Source: Hyphomicrobiaceae bacterium
GTDB lineage: Bacteria > Pseudomonadota > Alphaproteobacteria > Rhizobiales > Aestuariivirgaceae
Length of the DNA: 64,000 bases
Direction of reading: 5' to 3'
NCBI GenBank assembly: GCA_900298995.1
Contig: OMIC01000032.1
Location: forward strand, 4,254-68,253
Part shown: positions 50,798 to 61,118 of the stretch, piece by piece
Position numbering within the stretch: position 1 is the stretch's first letter
How the letters are laid out: every line of letters starts with the position of its first letter
Made by a program: the position numbers and the translations under genes
Notes under the pieces: generated by a model
The model's database searches: none
What the model saw: only the letters and a program-made list of their open reading frames with translations
What the model was told of the DNA's origin: nothing

Positions 50798-50820
50798 GGC
50801 TTGAGCGGACACACAGACAC

Positions 50821-52287
50821 ATGACCAGTCTCACCTCACTCACGATCGCCCAGGCCCGCGACGGCCTCCGCAACAGGACGTTCTCGGCCCTCGACCTGAC
50901 CGAGGCCTATCTCTCGGCCATGGAGAAGGCGCGCGTGCTCAATGCCTATGTCGTCGAGACACCCGACAAGGCCCGCGCCATGGCGAAAGACTCCGACGCC
51001 CGCCTTGCCGGAGGGCAGGGCGGCGCACTCGAGGGAATCCCGCTCGGCATCAAGGATCTGTTCGCCACCGACGGGGTCCATACCCAGGCCTGCAGCCACG
51101 TTCTGGACGGCTTTAAGCCCACCTATGAGTCGACCGTCACCGCAAATCTCTGGCGCGATGGCGCGGTCATGCTCGGCAAGCTCAACATGGACGAGTTCGC
51201 CATGGGCTCGTCCAACGAGACGAGCTACTACGGCAAGGTCATCAATCCCTGGCGTCGCAAGGGCTCGAATGCCGCACTGGTGCCGGGCGGTTCTTCCGGC
51301 GGTTCCGCCGCAGCTGTCGCCGCGTATATCTGTGCAGGCGCCACCGCCACCGACACGGGTGGCTCCATCCGTCAGCCTGCGGCTTTCACCGGAACGGTCG
51401 GCATCAAGCCTACCTATGGCCGCTGTTCGCGCTGGGGCATCGTCGCCTTTGCCTCTTCGCTCGATCAGGCAGGCCCCATCGCCCGCGACGTGCGCGATGC
51501 CGCGATTCTGCTCCGCTCCATGGCGAGCGCCGACCCGAAGGACACGACTTCGGTCGATCTACCGGTTCCCGATTACGAGGCATCGGTCGGTCGCCCGGTC
51601 AAGGGCCTGCGCGTCGGCATTCCGAGGGAATACCGGGTCGACGGCATGCCTGCCGAGATTGATGCGCTCTGGCAGAAGGCCGCCTCGTGGCTCCGGGAGC
51701 AGGGCGCCGAGATCGTCGAGATCTCCCTGCCGCACACGAAATATGCGCTGCCCGCCTATTATATCGTTGCGCCCGCAGAGGCCTCCTCCAATCTCGCGCG
51801 GTATGACGGGGTTCGCTACGGTCTTCGCGTGCCGGGCGATGACATCGTTGACATGTACGAGAAATCCCGTGCTGCGGGCTTCGGACGGGAAGTCCAGCGC
51901 CGCATCCTGATCGGCACCTATGTTCTTTCGGCGGGCTATTACGACGCCTATTACGTCCGCGCCCAGAAGGTTCGCACCCTCATCAAGCGCGACTTCGACA
52001 GGGCCTGGGAGAAGGTCGATGTGGTGCTGACCCCTGCGACACCCAGCCCGGCCTTTGCACCCGGCGAGATCACCGACCCGGTGCAGATGTATCTCAACGA
52101 CATCTTCACCGTCACGGTGAACATGGCTGGGCTTCCGGGCATTTCCGTACCGGGCGGGCTGTCGGCTGATGGACTGCCGCTGGGACTTCAGCTCATCGGC
52201 AGGCCCTTTGGCGAGGAAACTCTGTTCCAGACAGCGGCGGCCATTGAAGCTGCAGCCGGCGGTTTCACTGCCGCCCAGTGGTGGTAG
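50821..52287 (+). CDS. gatA: Asp-tRNA(Asn)/Glu-tRNA(Gln) amidotransferase subunit A
   Basis: 488 aa with the amidase signature [13 protein letters not shown]...[12 protein letters not shown]. Confidence 0.96.
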   Translation: MTSLTSLTIAQARDGLRNRTFSALDLTEAYLSAMEKARVLNAYVVETPDKARAMAKDSDARLAGGQGGALEGIPLGIKDLFATDGVHTQACSHVLDGFKPTYESTVTANLWRDGAVMLGKLNMDEFAMGSSNETSYYGKVINPWRRKGSNAALVPGGSSGGSAAAVAAYICAGATATDTGGSIRQPAAFTGTVGIKPTYGRCSRWGIVAFASSLDQAGPIARDVRDAAILLRSMASADPKDTTSVDLPVPDYEASVGRPVKGLRVGIPREYRVDGMPAEIDALWQKAASWLREQGAEIVEISLPHTKYALPAYYIVAPAEASSNLARYDGVRYGLRVPGDDIVDMYEKSRAAGFGREVQRRILIGTYVLSAGYYDAYYVRAQKVRTLIKRDFDRAWEKVDVVLTPATPSPAFAPGEITDPVQMYLNDIFTVTVNMAGLPGISVPGGLSADGLPLGLQLIGRPFGEETLFQTAAAIEAAAGGFTAAQWW

Positions 52288-52311
52288 CTCTCTCCAGTTG
52301 CGCAAACTGAA

Positions 52312-52335
52312 ATGCCCGGACCTTGGTCCGGGCAT
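52312..52335. terminator. Hairpin between convergent gatA and peroxiredoxin genes
   Basis: ATGCCCGGAC-CTTG-GTCCGGGCAT forms a stem of about 10 bp. The flanking U/A tracts are weak (AAA upstream, none downstream). Confidence 0.45.
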
Positions 52336-52361
52336 GGTTGTCTTCGGAATTGCTGGCCGCC

Positions 52362-53021
52362 TTACTTTGGCTGCGGCACGACGCGCAGATAGGGCTTGAG
52401 GGTCTTCCAGCCGCCGGGGAACTTCTCCTTGGCGGCCTCATCCGACAGTGACGCCAGAATGATCACGTCTTCGCCCTGTTTCCAGTCTGCCGGAGTGGCC
52501 ACCGACTTCTGAGCCGTCAGCTGAAGAGAATCCACCACGCGAATGATTTCGTTGAAGTTGCGGCCTGTGCTCATGGGATAGGAGACGATGAACTTGATCT
52601 TCTTGTCCGGCCCGATGATGAAGACATTGCGCACTGTGGCATTGTCCGCCGCCGTACGGCCCTTGGCGCTGCCGGAGGCGTTCGGGTGGATCATTCCGTA
52701 CAGCTTGGCGACCGCCAGATCCTCATCGCCGATCATCGGATAATTCACCGATGCGCCGGTGACATCCACGATGTCCTGCTTCCAGCGCTGGTGATCCTCG
52801 ACGGAGTCGACAGAGATGCCGATGAGCTTCACGCCGCGCTTGTCGAATTCGCCCTTCATGCGGGCAACCGAACCAAGTTCCGTGGTGCAGACGGGCGTGA
52901 AGTCCTTCGGATGTGAGAAGAACACCGCCCACGATCCGTCGATGTAGTCGTGGAAACGGAGACGTCCGTCCGTGGTGTTGGCCTCGAAGTCCGGTGCGAT
53001 GTCGCCGATTTGCAGAGCCAT
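52362..53021 (-). CDS. Peroxiredoxin (Prx6/1-Cys type)
   Basis: 219 aa with the peroxidatic motif FTPVCTTE. GAGGAGG RBS. Confidence 0.92.
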   Translation of the reverse strand: MALQIGDIAPDFEANTTDGRLRFHDYIDGSWAVFFSHPKDFTPVCTTELGSVARMKGEFDKRGVKLIGISVDSVEDHQRWKQDIVDVTGASVNYPMIGDEDLAVAKLYGMIHPNASGSAKGRTAADNATVRNVFIIGPDKKIKFIVSYPMSTGRNFNEIIRVVDSLQLTAQKSVATPADWKQGEDVIILASLSDEAAKEKFPGGWKTLKPYLRVVPQPK

Positions 53022-53165
53022 GCTGGCCTCCTCTTGAATTCTGACGCTCTCTTAGCGCAACTGCTGTTCGGAATAAAGAACATTTTGTCCGGTTTCACGC
53101 TCCCCACGCTTTGCGGGAATCGGCCGGTTGCTGCATGATGACACTCTTAACCGGAGCCTCTGCCC

Positions 53166-53525
53166 ATGACCTATGTCACATCTTTTCCCGTGCTGGTGAT
53201 CGTCCTCGCCCTCTATCTCCTGATGGCAGCCACGGGCGGCATGATGATCGATGGCGACGCCTATGCCATCAGCCTCGCCTCGGGCGCGGAGATGACTCTG
53301 CGCGGGGGTGACCTCTTCGTCGTTGCCGGTCTGGTTGCCCTCACCATCGACCTGATCAAGATGCGCATCGGTCTCGCGGCCAATCTGATGCGGATTGGCC
53401 TGGCACTGGCCGCCATCGGCTTTTTCGTATTTCTGGGCATCGCAGGCAGCGTCAGTTTCCTGCTGCTGACCCTGATGACCCTCATCGAACTGGTGGCGGC
53501 GGCCACGGGAACCCGCCGGGCGTGA
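53166..53525 (+). CDS. Hypothetical small membrane protein
   Basis: 119 aa with 3-4 hydrophobic helices. I recognise no motif. Confidence 0.55.
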   Translation: MTYVTSFPVLVIVLALYLLMAATGGMMIDGDAYAISLASGAEMTLRGGDLFVVAGLVALTIDLIKMRIGLAANLMRIGLALAAIGFFVFLGIAGSVSFLLLTLMTLIELVAAATGTRRA

Positions 53526-53528
53526 TCC

Positions 53529-55988
53529 TCACGCCTTGATGCGTTCACCCTTCGGATCGTAGAAGGACTGCAACTGGACGCGGGCCCGGTAGCGCTTCCA
53601 CGCCAGTTCAATCTCCCATGCGCCACTGTCGAGCCACTCCTTGGTGACCCCGTCCTTGTTGTGTACGTAGCCCAGGCCCAGTGACAGATTGACCCGATGC
53701 CCCCAGGCGCCCGAGGTTGTCGAACCCACGATCACGCCATTCCGGTAGATGGGTTCCTCGTGATAGACCATCGGCGCTGTCGCCGAGTTGTCTTCAAGAG
53801 CGAGGCAGACAAAACGCTTCGGAAGTACGTGCAGAGCCTTCTGCTTCATGAGTGCCTCGCGGCCGATGAACCCGCCCGGCTTGTCCCAGGCCACTGCGAA
53901 ACCAAGTCCGGCTTCAAGGGGCGTGTCCTCGTCGGCGATGTCGTGCCCCCAGTGCCGATAGGCCTTTTCGGTACGACAATTGTTCATTGTGTGCATGCCG
54001 GCTGGCGTAAGGCCGAACGCCTTCCCGGCAGCCCAGAGGGTTTCGAAGACATGCGCCGTGAATTCGGTTGGGATGTAAAGCTCCCAGCCGAGTTCGCCGA
54101 CATAGGTGATGCGGCTCGCCCGCACGCGCGCATGGCCGATCTCGATCTCCTGCGATGTGCCGAAGGGGAATGCAGCATTGGACAGGTCGGCGCCGGAAAG
54201 CTTCTCGAGCAGCGCACGCGATTTCGGCCCCATGACTGCGATCATCGGCAACCCCGACGTGATGTCCGTCGCCACGCAGTGCGCGTCGACGGGCGTATGC
54301 CTCTTGAGCCACGCCATGTCGCGGGTCTGCGGAGCGGCGCCGGTCACGACGAGAAAACGGTCTTCCGCTAGCCGTGTGACTGTGAGGTCAGCCTCGATGC
54401 CACCGCGCTCATTGAGCCACTGGGTATAGACAACCCGGCCCGGCTCCACATCGACATTGGCTGAGGAAACCTTGTTGAGGACCTTTACAGCGTCACGGCC
54501 CTCGACTGAATATTTGGCAAAGCTCGACTGATCGAAGAAGGCGCAGTTGCTCATCAACTGCTTGGCCTCGAAGTCGGCACAAGGCCACCAGTTCTGGCGC
54601 CCATAGGAATACTCATACTCTCGCTTCACGCCATCACGGGCATACCAGTTCGGGCGCTCCCAGCCGTTCACTTCGCCAAAGACGGCACCGAGCTCCTTCG
54701 CATAGGCATAGAGGGGCGAGCGGCGGACGCCGCGTGAAGTTTCCGCCTGCCGGTAGGGCCAATGCATGGCGTAGAGAAGGCCGAGGCTCTCGGACACGCG
54801 TTCGCGCACATAGTTTCTGACCGATTGGAAGGGATGAATGCGGCGGATGTCCATGCCGCTGACGTCCATTGGCGGATGCCCGTTCTTGATCCATTTTGAG
54901 AGAACGAGACCCGCGCCGCCGGAGGATTGGATGCCGATCGAGTTGAACCCGGCGGCCACGAATACATTCTTCACCTCGGGTGCCTCGCCAAGATAGTAGC
55001 GAACGTCCGGGGTGAAGCTCTCTGGGCCGTTGAAGAACAATTGAATTCCCGCCGTCTCGAGCAGTGGCACGCGATTGATGGCGCTGGTCAGGATCGGCTC
55101 GAAATGATCCATGTCTTCGGGCAGCGTCACGAAGGCGTGTTCCTCATCGATGCCGCCGCCGCCCCAGGGCTTCGCCTTGGGTTCGAATGCGCCGACCATG
55201 AGCTTGCCGGCGTCCTCCTTGTAGTAGGTGCATTCGTCCGGCACGCGAACCACCGGCATGTTGCGTGGTAGCTCGGCGATGGGTTCTGATACGATGTAGA
55301 AATGCTCGCAGGCGTGCAGCGGAATGTTCACTCCGATGGACCGGCCAAGCTCACGCGACCACATGCCAGACGCAACGACCACCTTGTCTGCGAGGATCGT
55401 GCCATCGGCGGTCTCGACGCCATAGGCCTTGCCATCCTTCACCAGGATGCGGTTCACCTTGACGTTTTCGAAGATCTTGCCCCCGCGCGAGCGGGCACCT
55501 GCGGCCAACGCCTGCGTGACGTCAATCGGGTTCACCTGGCCGTCCTTGGGAAGGAACACGCCGCCCTTGACGTTCTCCATATTGTAATGCGGAAGCCGCT
55601 CCTTGATCTCTCCCGTCGAGATCACCTGCACGTCGAGACCGAAATTCTTCGCCATCGACGCGCCGCGCATGAGTTCCTCCAGACGGCCCTCGGTGAGCGC
55701 AATCGAGATGGACCCATTCTGTTTGAACCCTGTCGCCTGACCCGTTTCCTTCTCCAGGCCCTCGAACAGCGTGGTCGTGTATTTCGCCAGTTCCGTCAGA
55801 TTGCGGGTGGCGCGAAGCTGGCCCACCAGACCGGCTGCATGCCAGGTGGTGCCCGATGTCAGTTGCTTCCGCTCCAGAACCACGACATCCGTGATCCCCT
55901 CGCGGGTGAGGTGATAGGCAACGGAGCAGCCGACGATGCCGCCGCCGATGACCACGACATCGGCACGCGGGGGCAGGGACTTGGACAT
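53529..55988 (-). CDS. FAD-dependent oxidoreductase with C-terminal GcvT-like folate-binding domain (dimethylglycine/sarcosine dehydrogenase family)
   Basis: 819 aa. N-terminal dinucleotide fold VVVIGGGIVGCSVAYHL. The length and C-terminal aminomethyltransferase-like region (YVGELGWELY) fit the DMGDH/SARDH family. Confidence 0.88.
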   Translation of the reverse strand: MSKSLPPRADVVVIGGGIVGCSVAYHLTREGITDVVVLERKQLTSGTTWHAAGLVGQLRATRNLTELAKYTTTLFEGLEKETGQATGFKQNGSISIALTEGRLEELMRGASMAKNFGLDVQVISTGEIKERLPHYNMENVKGGVFLPKDGQVNPIDVTQALAAGARSRGGKIFENVKVNRILVKDGKAYGVETADGTILADKVVVASGMWSRELGRSIGVNIPLHACEHFYIVSEPIAELPRNMPVVRVPDECTYYKEDAGKLMVGAFEPKAKPWGGGGIDEEHAFVTLPEDMDHFEPILTSAINRVPLLETAGIQLFFNGPESFTPDVRYYLGEAPEVKNVFVAAGFNSIGIQSSGGAGLVLSKWIKNGHPPMDVSGMDIRRIHPFQSVRNYVRERVSESLGLLYAMHWPYRQAETSRGVRRSPLYAYAKELGAVFGEVNGWERPNWYARDGVKREYEYSYGRQNWWPCADFEAKQLMSNCAFFDQSSFAKYSVEGRDAVKVLNKVSSANVDVEPGRVVYTQWLNERGGIEADLTVTRLAEDRFLVVTGAAPQTRDMAWLKRHTPVDAHCVATDITSGLPMIAVMGPKSRALLEKLSGADLSNAAFPFGTSQEIEIGHARVRASRITYVGELGWELYIPTEFTAHVFETLWAAGKAFGLTPAGMHTMNNCRTEKAYRHWGHDIADEDTPLEAGLGFAVAWDKPGGFIGREALMKQKALHVLPKRFVCLALEDNSATAPMVYHEEPIYRNGVIVGSTTSGAWGHRVNLSLGLGYVHNKDGVTKEWLDSGAWEIELAWKRYRARVQLQSFYDPKGERIKA

Positions 55989-56166
55989 GGGCTCACCTCT
56001 TCAAGTAAGAGTTTGATCTAACAGGAGGTCGTGGGTTTGGGGAAGCGCCAGACTGTCTCACGGGACATGGCCAGCCTTTCACCGTCGCCAAGGCCAGTCG
56101 GCATTTTCCTTTGCGGGTCGAGGGTGTTTCGACTAAATCCGTTCGAAACAACGAACGGACCGTTCC

Positions 56167-56568
56167 ATGCATCAGGGCGATATTTCTCCGGCCGAAGCCT
56201 ATCAGCGGCTCCAGAACAACCCCTCCGCAGTGCTGATCGACGTGCGCACCCAGCCAGAATGGGTGTTTGTCGGCGTACCCGCCGTTGAACGCCTCATCCG
56301 GCTGTCCTGGCAGGTGTTCCCGTCGATGCAGGTGAATGGCGGCTTTGTCACCGAGATCGACCAGATGGGCCTTGCGAAGGATACGGAGATCCTTTGCATC
56401 TGCCGCTCGGGGGCGCGCTCGGCGTCGGCGGCGTCCGCGCTCACCCAGGCAGGCTACAGCAACGCCTGGAACGTCGCGCAGGGCTTCGAGGGCGACAAGG
56501 ACGGTCAGGGGCATCGCGGCACGCTGGGCGGCTGGAAGGCGGCCGGCCTGCCATGGGTCCAGAGCTGA
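56167..56568 (+). CDS. Rhodanese-like sulfurtransferase domain protein
   Basis: 133 aa with the active-site loop CRSGARS. No obvious RBS before the ATG. Confidence 0.8.
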   Translation: MHQGDISPAEAYQRLQNNPSAVLIDVRTQPEWVFVGVPAVERLIRLSWQVFPSMQVNGGFVTEIDQMGLAKDTEILCICRSGARSASAASALTQAGYSNAWNVAQGFEGDKDGQGHRGTLGGWKAAGLPWVQS

Positions 56569-56582
56569 CGGGACCCGAACCC

Positions 56583-57773
56583 ATGAAAGTGAAATCCGAT
56601 CCTCGGACGTGGGGCGATGCCACCAAGCTGGTGCGCGGCGGGCTTGACCGCAGCGCCCATGGCGAGACCTCGGAGGCGCTCTATCTGAACTCGGGCTTCG
56701 TCTATGACGCCCCGGAGACCGCCGAACGGCGGTTCGCGGGCGAGGATGATGGCTATGTCTACGGCCGCTACGGCAACCCCACCGTCACCATGTTCGAGGA
56801 GCGGCTCGCCCTGCTTGAAGGCGCGGAAGCCTGTTATGCCGTGGCATCCGGCATGGCTTCGGTGTTCGGTGCGCTGGCGTGCCAGCTGAAGGCGGGCGAT
56901 CATCTGGTGTCCTCGAAGGCACTCTTCGGGTCCTGCTATCAGATCGTGACCTCCATCCTCCCGCGCTTCGGCATCCGCACGACGCTGGTCGATGGCACGG
57001 ACCTCGACGCATGGAAGGAGGCTGTCACGGCCGACACCAAATGCGTGTTTCTAGAGACGCCATCCAATCCAGGGTTGGAGATACTCGACATCGAAGCCAT
57101 CTGCGCCATCGCCCGGTCCAAAGGCGCGACGGTCGTTGTCGACAACATCTTCGCGACACCGATCCTGCAACGGCCACTCACCTACGGCGCCGATGTCATC
57201 GTCTACTCAGGCACCAAGCACATGGATGGTCAGGGCAGGGTGCTCGGTGGCGCGATCGTCTCGACCAGGAAGTTCAAGGACGAATTGCTGAAGCCGTTCC
57301 TGCGCCACACCGGACCGTCGATCTCGCCGTTCAACGCCTGGGTGCTTCTGAAGGGTCTTGAGACGATGAAGCTCCGGGTTGAAGCCCAGAGCCATGCCGC
57401 CCTGACCGTTGCCGAAACCATCGCCACTCTGCCGGGTGTCGAGCGCGTCCTCTACCCGCACCTCGACTCTCACCCGCAGGCGGCTCTCGCGCGCAAGCAG
57501 ATGAGGCTCGGCGGCACCATGGTCTCCTTCGAGGTGTCGGGCGGCAAGCAGAAGGCTTTCGAAGTGCTACGGCGGCTACGGATTATCGACATTTCGAACA
57601 ACCTCGGCGACGCAAAATCGCTCATGACTCATCCCGCATCGACAACCCACCGCAACATTGGTGCGGAAGCCCGTGCCGCCATGGGCATCACCGATGGCAT
57701 GCTGAGGCTGTCGGTTGGGCTCGAGGATGTCGCCGACCTCATCGGCGACCTGAAGCAGGCCGTCGTCAGCTAG
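56583..57773 (+). CDS. metZ: O-succinylhomoserine sulfhydrylase
   Basis: 396 aa from the ATG at 56583. This is a PLP-dependent Cys/Met-metabolism fold with SGTKHMDG (PLP lysine). The N-terminal TKLVRGG...GETSEALYLNSGFVYD is typical of MetZ. The track start at 56394 lies inside the rhodanese gene. Confidence 0.9.
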   Translation: MKVKSDPRTWGDATKLVRGGLDRSAHGETSEALYLNSGFVYDAPETAERRFAGEDDGYVYGRYGNPTVTMFEERLALLEGAEACYAVASGMASVFGALACQLKAGDHLVSSKALFGSCYQIVTSILPRFGIRTTLVDGTDLDAWKEAVTADTKCVFLETPSNPGLEILDIEAICAIARSKGATVVVDNIFATPILQRPLTYGADVIVYSGTKHMDGQGRVLGGAIVSTRKFKDELLKPFLRHTGPSISPFNAWVLLKGLETMKLRVEAQSHAALTVAETIATLPGVERVLYPHLDSHPQAALARKQMRLGGTMVSFEVSGGKQKAFEVLRRLRIIDISNNLGDAKSLMTHPASTTHRNIGAEARAAMGITDGMLRLSVGLEDVADLIGDLKQAVVS

Positions 57774-57787
57774 ATCGATTGCTTGCT

Positions 57788-58204
57788 TCAGACGATGGCC
57801 ATTGCCACGTCGCGGATCGACGTCTTGGCAAGCGAGCTGTGAAAGGCGCACTCCGCCGCCTTCAGCGGCACGGTCAGCACGCGGCCGAGCTGGGCCGCGA
57901 CTGGACAGGGCGATGACGGATCAGTCTTGTGCATCCTGAACACGTTCTCATCTTCCACAGCGAAATAGACGTCCGCCAGGGAAATGTCGGCCGGATCACG
58001 GTTTAGCTGGAACCCGCCGCTACGGCCGGCAACGGATTTGACGAGGCGCGCACGCTCCAGTTCGCCCATGAGTCTGCGGATGACAACCGGGTTGGTATGG
58101 ACGCTTGCAGCAACACGGGCGGAGCACAGCGGCCCACAGTTGCCATTGCGGGCGAGCACGCTCATGGCATGAACTGCAACGATGAAACGACTGCTCGACA
58201 ACAT
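57788..58204 (-). CDS. Rrf2 family transcriptional regulator
   Basis: 138 aa from the ATG at 58204. SSRFIVAVHAMSVLA...VNPVVIRRLMGELERARLV is an Rrf2 winged-helix pattern. The three-Cys Fe-S ligand cluster of IscR-type members is not evident. Confidence 0.85.
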   Translation of the reverse strand: MLSSSRFIVAVHAMSVLARNGNCGPLCSARVAASVHTNPVVIRRLMGELERARLVKSVAGRSGGFQLNRDPADISLADVYFAVEDENVFRMHKTDPSSPCPVAAQLGRVLTVPLKAAECAFHSSLAKTSIRDVAMAIV

Positions 58205-58251
58205 AATCGTAACTCCGAACGTTACATCGGCATGACCACGTAAAAGGTCAA

Positions 58252-58261
58252 GTGATATCAC
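58252..58261. promoter_or_regulatory. Perfect 10-bp palindrome GTGATATCAC flanked by GGTCA repeats in the Rrf2/ftsB divergent spacer
   Basis: The local sequence is CATGACC-ACGTAAAA-GGTCA-A-GTGATATCAC-GGTCATG (58231-58268). The outer 7-mers CATGACC/GGTCATG are inverted repeats. Confidence 0.35.
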
Positions 58262-58327
58262 GGTCATGGAAAGGGAATGTTAACTGAGTCCGAGCAACGT
58301 CTCAGCGTTTGATCCGGAGCTTTGAAC

Positions 58328-58627
58328 ATGCGCCGCTTTGACTTGGTCGTGTCCCTCGTGTGTTGCGCACTTCTTGGCTATTTTGCCTGGCATGCCTTTG
58401 AAGGACCACGAGGTTTCCCTTACCGGGACGGCCTTGCCATAGAGGCTGCACGCCTTGATGTGAAACACGAGGCGTTGCGCGCCGAGCGCATGCAGCTTGA
58501 AAACAAGGTCGCGCTGCTCAGACCAGAGAGCATTGACCCGGACCTTCTGGATGAACTGGCGCGCGGTACGCTCGAACTCGCCAAGCCAGGCGATGTGGTG
58601 GCCTTCACCGCCAAATATGCTCAGTAA
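58328..58627 (+). CDS. ftsB: Septum formation initiator family protein (FtsB/DivIC-like)
   Basis: About 99 aa with one N-terminal TM (LVVSLVCCALLGYFAW) followed by a coiled-coil (LDVKHEALRAERMQLENKVALL). Its position upstream of pdhA is typical of alphaproteobacteria. Confidence 0.8.
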   Translation: MRRFDLVVSLVCCALLGYFAWHAFEGPRGFPYRDGLAIEAARLDVKHEALRAERMQLENKVALLRPESIDPDLLDELARGTLELAKPGDVVAFTAKYAQ

Positions 58628-58730
58628 TTTCCGAAGCATAAACCGAATTCCAGTTAATCGTTGAATTCCTGCGCATTCTCAAGTGTTTAGTGCTATGCTC
58701 TGGCCTTGGTCCGAGGTGAGGGAGGCAAGC

Positions 58731-59768
58731 ATGGCGGTCAAGTCGGCCTATATTGCTCGCAAGAACGGCAAGTCAGACAAGCCAGCGCCCTCCAACAGCG
58801 GATTCACCGCCGAGGAAGAGCTTCACGCCTATCGCGAGATGCTTCTCATCCGCCGCTTCGAGGAAAAAGCCGGTCAGCTCTACGGCATGGGATTCATCGG
58901 CGGCTTCTGCCATCTCTACATCGGACAGGAAGCCGTCGTCGTGGGCATGCAAATGGCCCAGAAACAAGGCGATCAGGTCATCACCTCCTACCGCGACCAT
59001 GGCCACATGCTCGCCTGCGGGATGGATCCCAAGGGTGTCATGGCGGAGCTCACGGGGCGGCGGGGCGGCCTCTCCAAGGGCAAGGGCGGCTCGATGCACA
59101 TGTTCAGCCGCGAAAAGCATTTTTTTGGCGGTCATGGCATCGTCGGCGCGCAGGTACCGCTCGGTGCGGGGCTTGCCTTTGCCAACAAATATCGTGGCAA
59201 TGACCATGTCGCCGTAGCCTATTTCGGTGATGGCGCAGCCAATCAAGGCCAGGTCTATGAGACGTTCAACATGGCGTCGATCTGGAAGCTGCCGGTGATC
59301 TTCATCATCGAGAACAACCGCTACGCCATGGGCACGGCGGCCACGCGGTCAACCGCCATGGCGGAACAGCTGGGGGCGCGCGGCTCGGCCTTCGGAATTC
59401 CCTTTGAACAAATTGACGGAATGGACGTCCGGGCAGTGCGGGAGGCCGGCGAGCGCGCGGTGGCGCATTGCCGGGCCGGCGAGGGTCCCTACATCCTTGA
59501 GATGATGACCTACCGCTACCGCGGTCATTCCATGTCTGATCCTGCGAAGTATCGCTCCAAGGAAGAAGTTCAGAAGATGCGCGAGGAGCATGACCCCATC
59601 GAGCAGGTCAAGGCGCGCATCCTGAACGGCAAGATGGCCAGTGAGGACGAGTTGAAGAGGATCGATTCCGAGATCCGGGCCATCGTGACGGAAGCGGCCG
59701 AGTTTGCGCAAAATGATCCCGAGCCGGATGCATCCGAACTCTACACCGACATCTACGTGAACGCCTGA
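58731..59768 (+). CDS. pdhA: Pyruvate dehydrogenase E1 component subunit alpha
   Basis: 345 aa from the ATG at 58731 (GGGAGG RBS). The TPP motif is GDGAANQGQVYETFNMA...NNRYAMGT. Confidence 0.95.
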   Translation: MAVKSAYIARKNGKSDKPAPSNSGFTAEEELHAYREMLLIRRFEEKAGQLYGMGFIGGFCHLYIGQEAVVVGMQMAQKQGDQVITSYRDHGHMLACGMDPKGVMAELTGRRGGLSKGKGGSMHMFSREKHFFGGHGIVGAQVPLGAGLAFANKYRGNDHVAVAYFGDGAANQGQVYETFNMASIWKLPVIFIIENNRYAMGTAATRSTAMAEQLGARGSAFGIPFEQIDGMDVRAVREAGERAVAHCRAGEGPYILEMMTYRYRGHSMSDPAKYRSKEEVQKMREEHDPIEQVKARILNGKMASEDELKRIDSEIRAIVTEAAEFAQNDPEPDASELYTDIYVNA

Positions 59769-59783
59769 GACCGGGAGAGCAAG

Positions 59784-61118
59784 ATGCCTTCGATCCTGAT
59801 GCCCGCCCTGTCTCCCACGATGGAAGAGGGCAAGCTCGCCAAGTGGCTGAAGCAGGTTGGCGACATGGTGAAGCCCGGCGACGTCATCGCCGAGATCGAA
59901 ACCGACAAGGCCACCATGGAAGTCGAGGCTGTGGATGAGGGACCGCTCTCCGCCATTCTGGTTCCTGCCGGGACAGAGCATGTAAAGGTCAATACGCCCA
60001 TAGCCGTCATTGGTGCTGCGGATGCTGTTCCTGCGCCAAAAACGGAGGTGCCGAAGCCAGCTCCGGCGACCCTTGCCGCGCCTCCCGTCGTGACGCAGTC
60101 CGCGCCGCCCGAGGAGGCGAACCCGACAGGTACCGAGATGGAGACAATGACGGTGCGCGAGGCCATCCGCGCTGCCATGTCCGAAGAGATGCGCCGGGAC
60201 CCCGAGGTGTTCCTCATGGGCGAGGAAGTCGGCCAGTACCAGGGCGCCTACAAGATCTCTCAAGGCATGCTTGAGGAATTCGGGCCGCAGCGCATCATCG
60301 ATACACCAATCACCGAACATGGTTTCGCAGGACTGGCAGTTGGTGCGGGCTTCGCGGGCCTGAAGCCGATTGTGGAGTTCATGACTTTCAACTTCTCGAT
60401 GCAGGCCATCGACCACATCATCAATTCCGCAGCGAAGACGCTGTACATGTCGGGCGGGCAGATGGGTTGTTCCATCGTGTTCCGCGGACCGAATGGTGCT
60501 GCTGCGCGGGTGGCGGCCCAGCATAGTCAGGACTATGCAGCCTGGTATGGCCACATTCCCGGCCTGAAGGTCGTGATGCCCTACACCGCCGCCGACGCAA
60601 AGGGACTGATGAAGGCAGCGATCCGCGATCCCAACCCGGTCGTCTTTCTCGAGAACGAAATCCTCTACGGCAAGAGTTTTGAGGTTCCCAAGGGTGACGA
60701 CTGGATCGTCCCGATCGGCAAGGCACGTATCGCCCGCACCGGGCGTCACGTCACCATCGTATCCTTTGGCATCAGCATGATCCTGGCCCTGAGTGCTGCC
60801 GAGAAACTAGCAGCGGAAGGAATAGAAGCCGAGGTGATCGATCTGCGCAGCATCCGCCCGCTTGATCTGCCGACCGTGATCGAAAGCGTCAAGAAAACCA
60901 ACCGCTGCGTGTGCGTTGAAGAGGGTTTCCCGCAGTTCTCCGTGACAAGTGAACTTGCAGCCCAGGTCATGACCCACGCCTTCGACTACCTCGACGCGCC
61001 TGTCGCACGCGTCGCCGGCAAGGACGTCCCGATGCCCTATGCGGCTAATCTCGAGAAACTGGCGCTACCCAATGCCGATGAGGTGGTCGCCGCAGCAAAG
61101 GCAGTCCTTTATGTCTGA
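59784..61118 (+). CDS. pdhB: Pyruvate dehydrogenase E1 component subunit beta with N-terminal lipoyl domain
   Basis: 444 aa. Residues 1-80 form a lipoyl domain ([14 protein letters not shown]). An A/P-rich linker follows, then the transketolase-like beta subunit ([16 protein letters not shown]...). Confidence 0.95.
   Translation: MPSILMPALSPTMEEGKLAKWLKQVGDMVKPGDVIAEIETDKATMEVEAVDEGPLSAILVPAGTEHVKVNTPIAVIGAADAVPAPKTEVPKPAPATLAAPPVVTQSAPPEEANPTGTEMETMTVREAIRAAMSEEMRRDPEVFLMGEEVGQYQGAYKISQGMLEEFGPQRIIDTPITEHGFAGLAVGAGFAGLKPIVEFMTFNFSMQAIDHIINSAAKTLYMSGGQMGCSIVFRGPNGAAARVAAQHSQDYAAWYGHIPGLKVVMPYTAADAKGLMKAAIRDPNPVVFLENEILYGKSFEVPKGDDWIVPIGKARIARTGRHVTIVSFGISMILALSAAEKLAAEGIEAEVIDLRSIRPLDLPTVIESVKKTNRCVCVEEGFPQFSVTSELAAQVMTHAFDYLDAPVARVAGKDVPMPYAANLEKLALPNADEVVAAAKAVLYV
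59796..60011 (+). repeat. Lipoyl-domain coding module, copy 1 (in pdhB)
   Basis: 58 of 72 aligned residues are identical to copy 2 at 61503..61718 (hand alignment). The DNA is visibly similar. Confidence 0.8.

Noticed and set aside
55989-56166. Possible SAM-II-type riboswitch upstream of rhodanese-metZ
   Set aside because: Met-pathway genes in alphaproteobacteria often carry SAM-II elements. However, I could not find the U-rich loop plus AAAGCU-type 3' strand that I remember as diagnostic. Only a generic hairpin is present. This needs a covariance-model scan and is not claimed as a riboswitch.
59349-60749. 466-aa ORF on the minus strand
   Set aside because: It is antisense to pdhA and pdhB and crosses their intergenic region in one frame. 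It has no motifs, and the sense genes are unambiguous.
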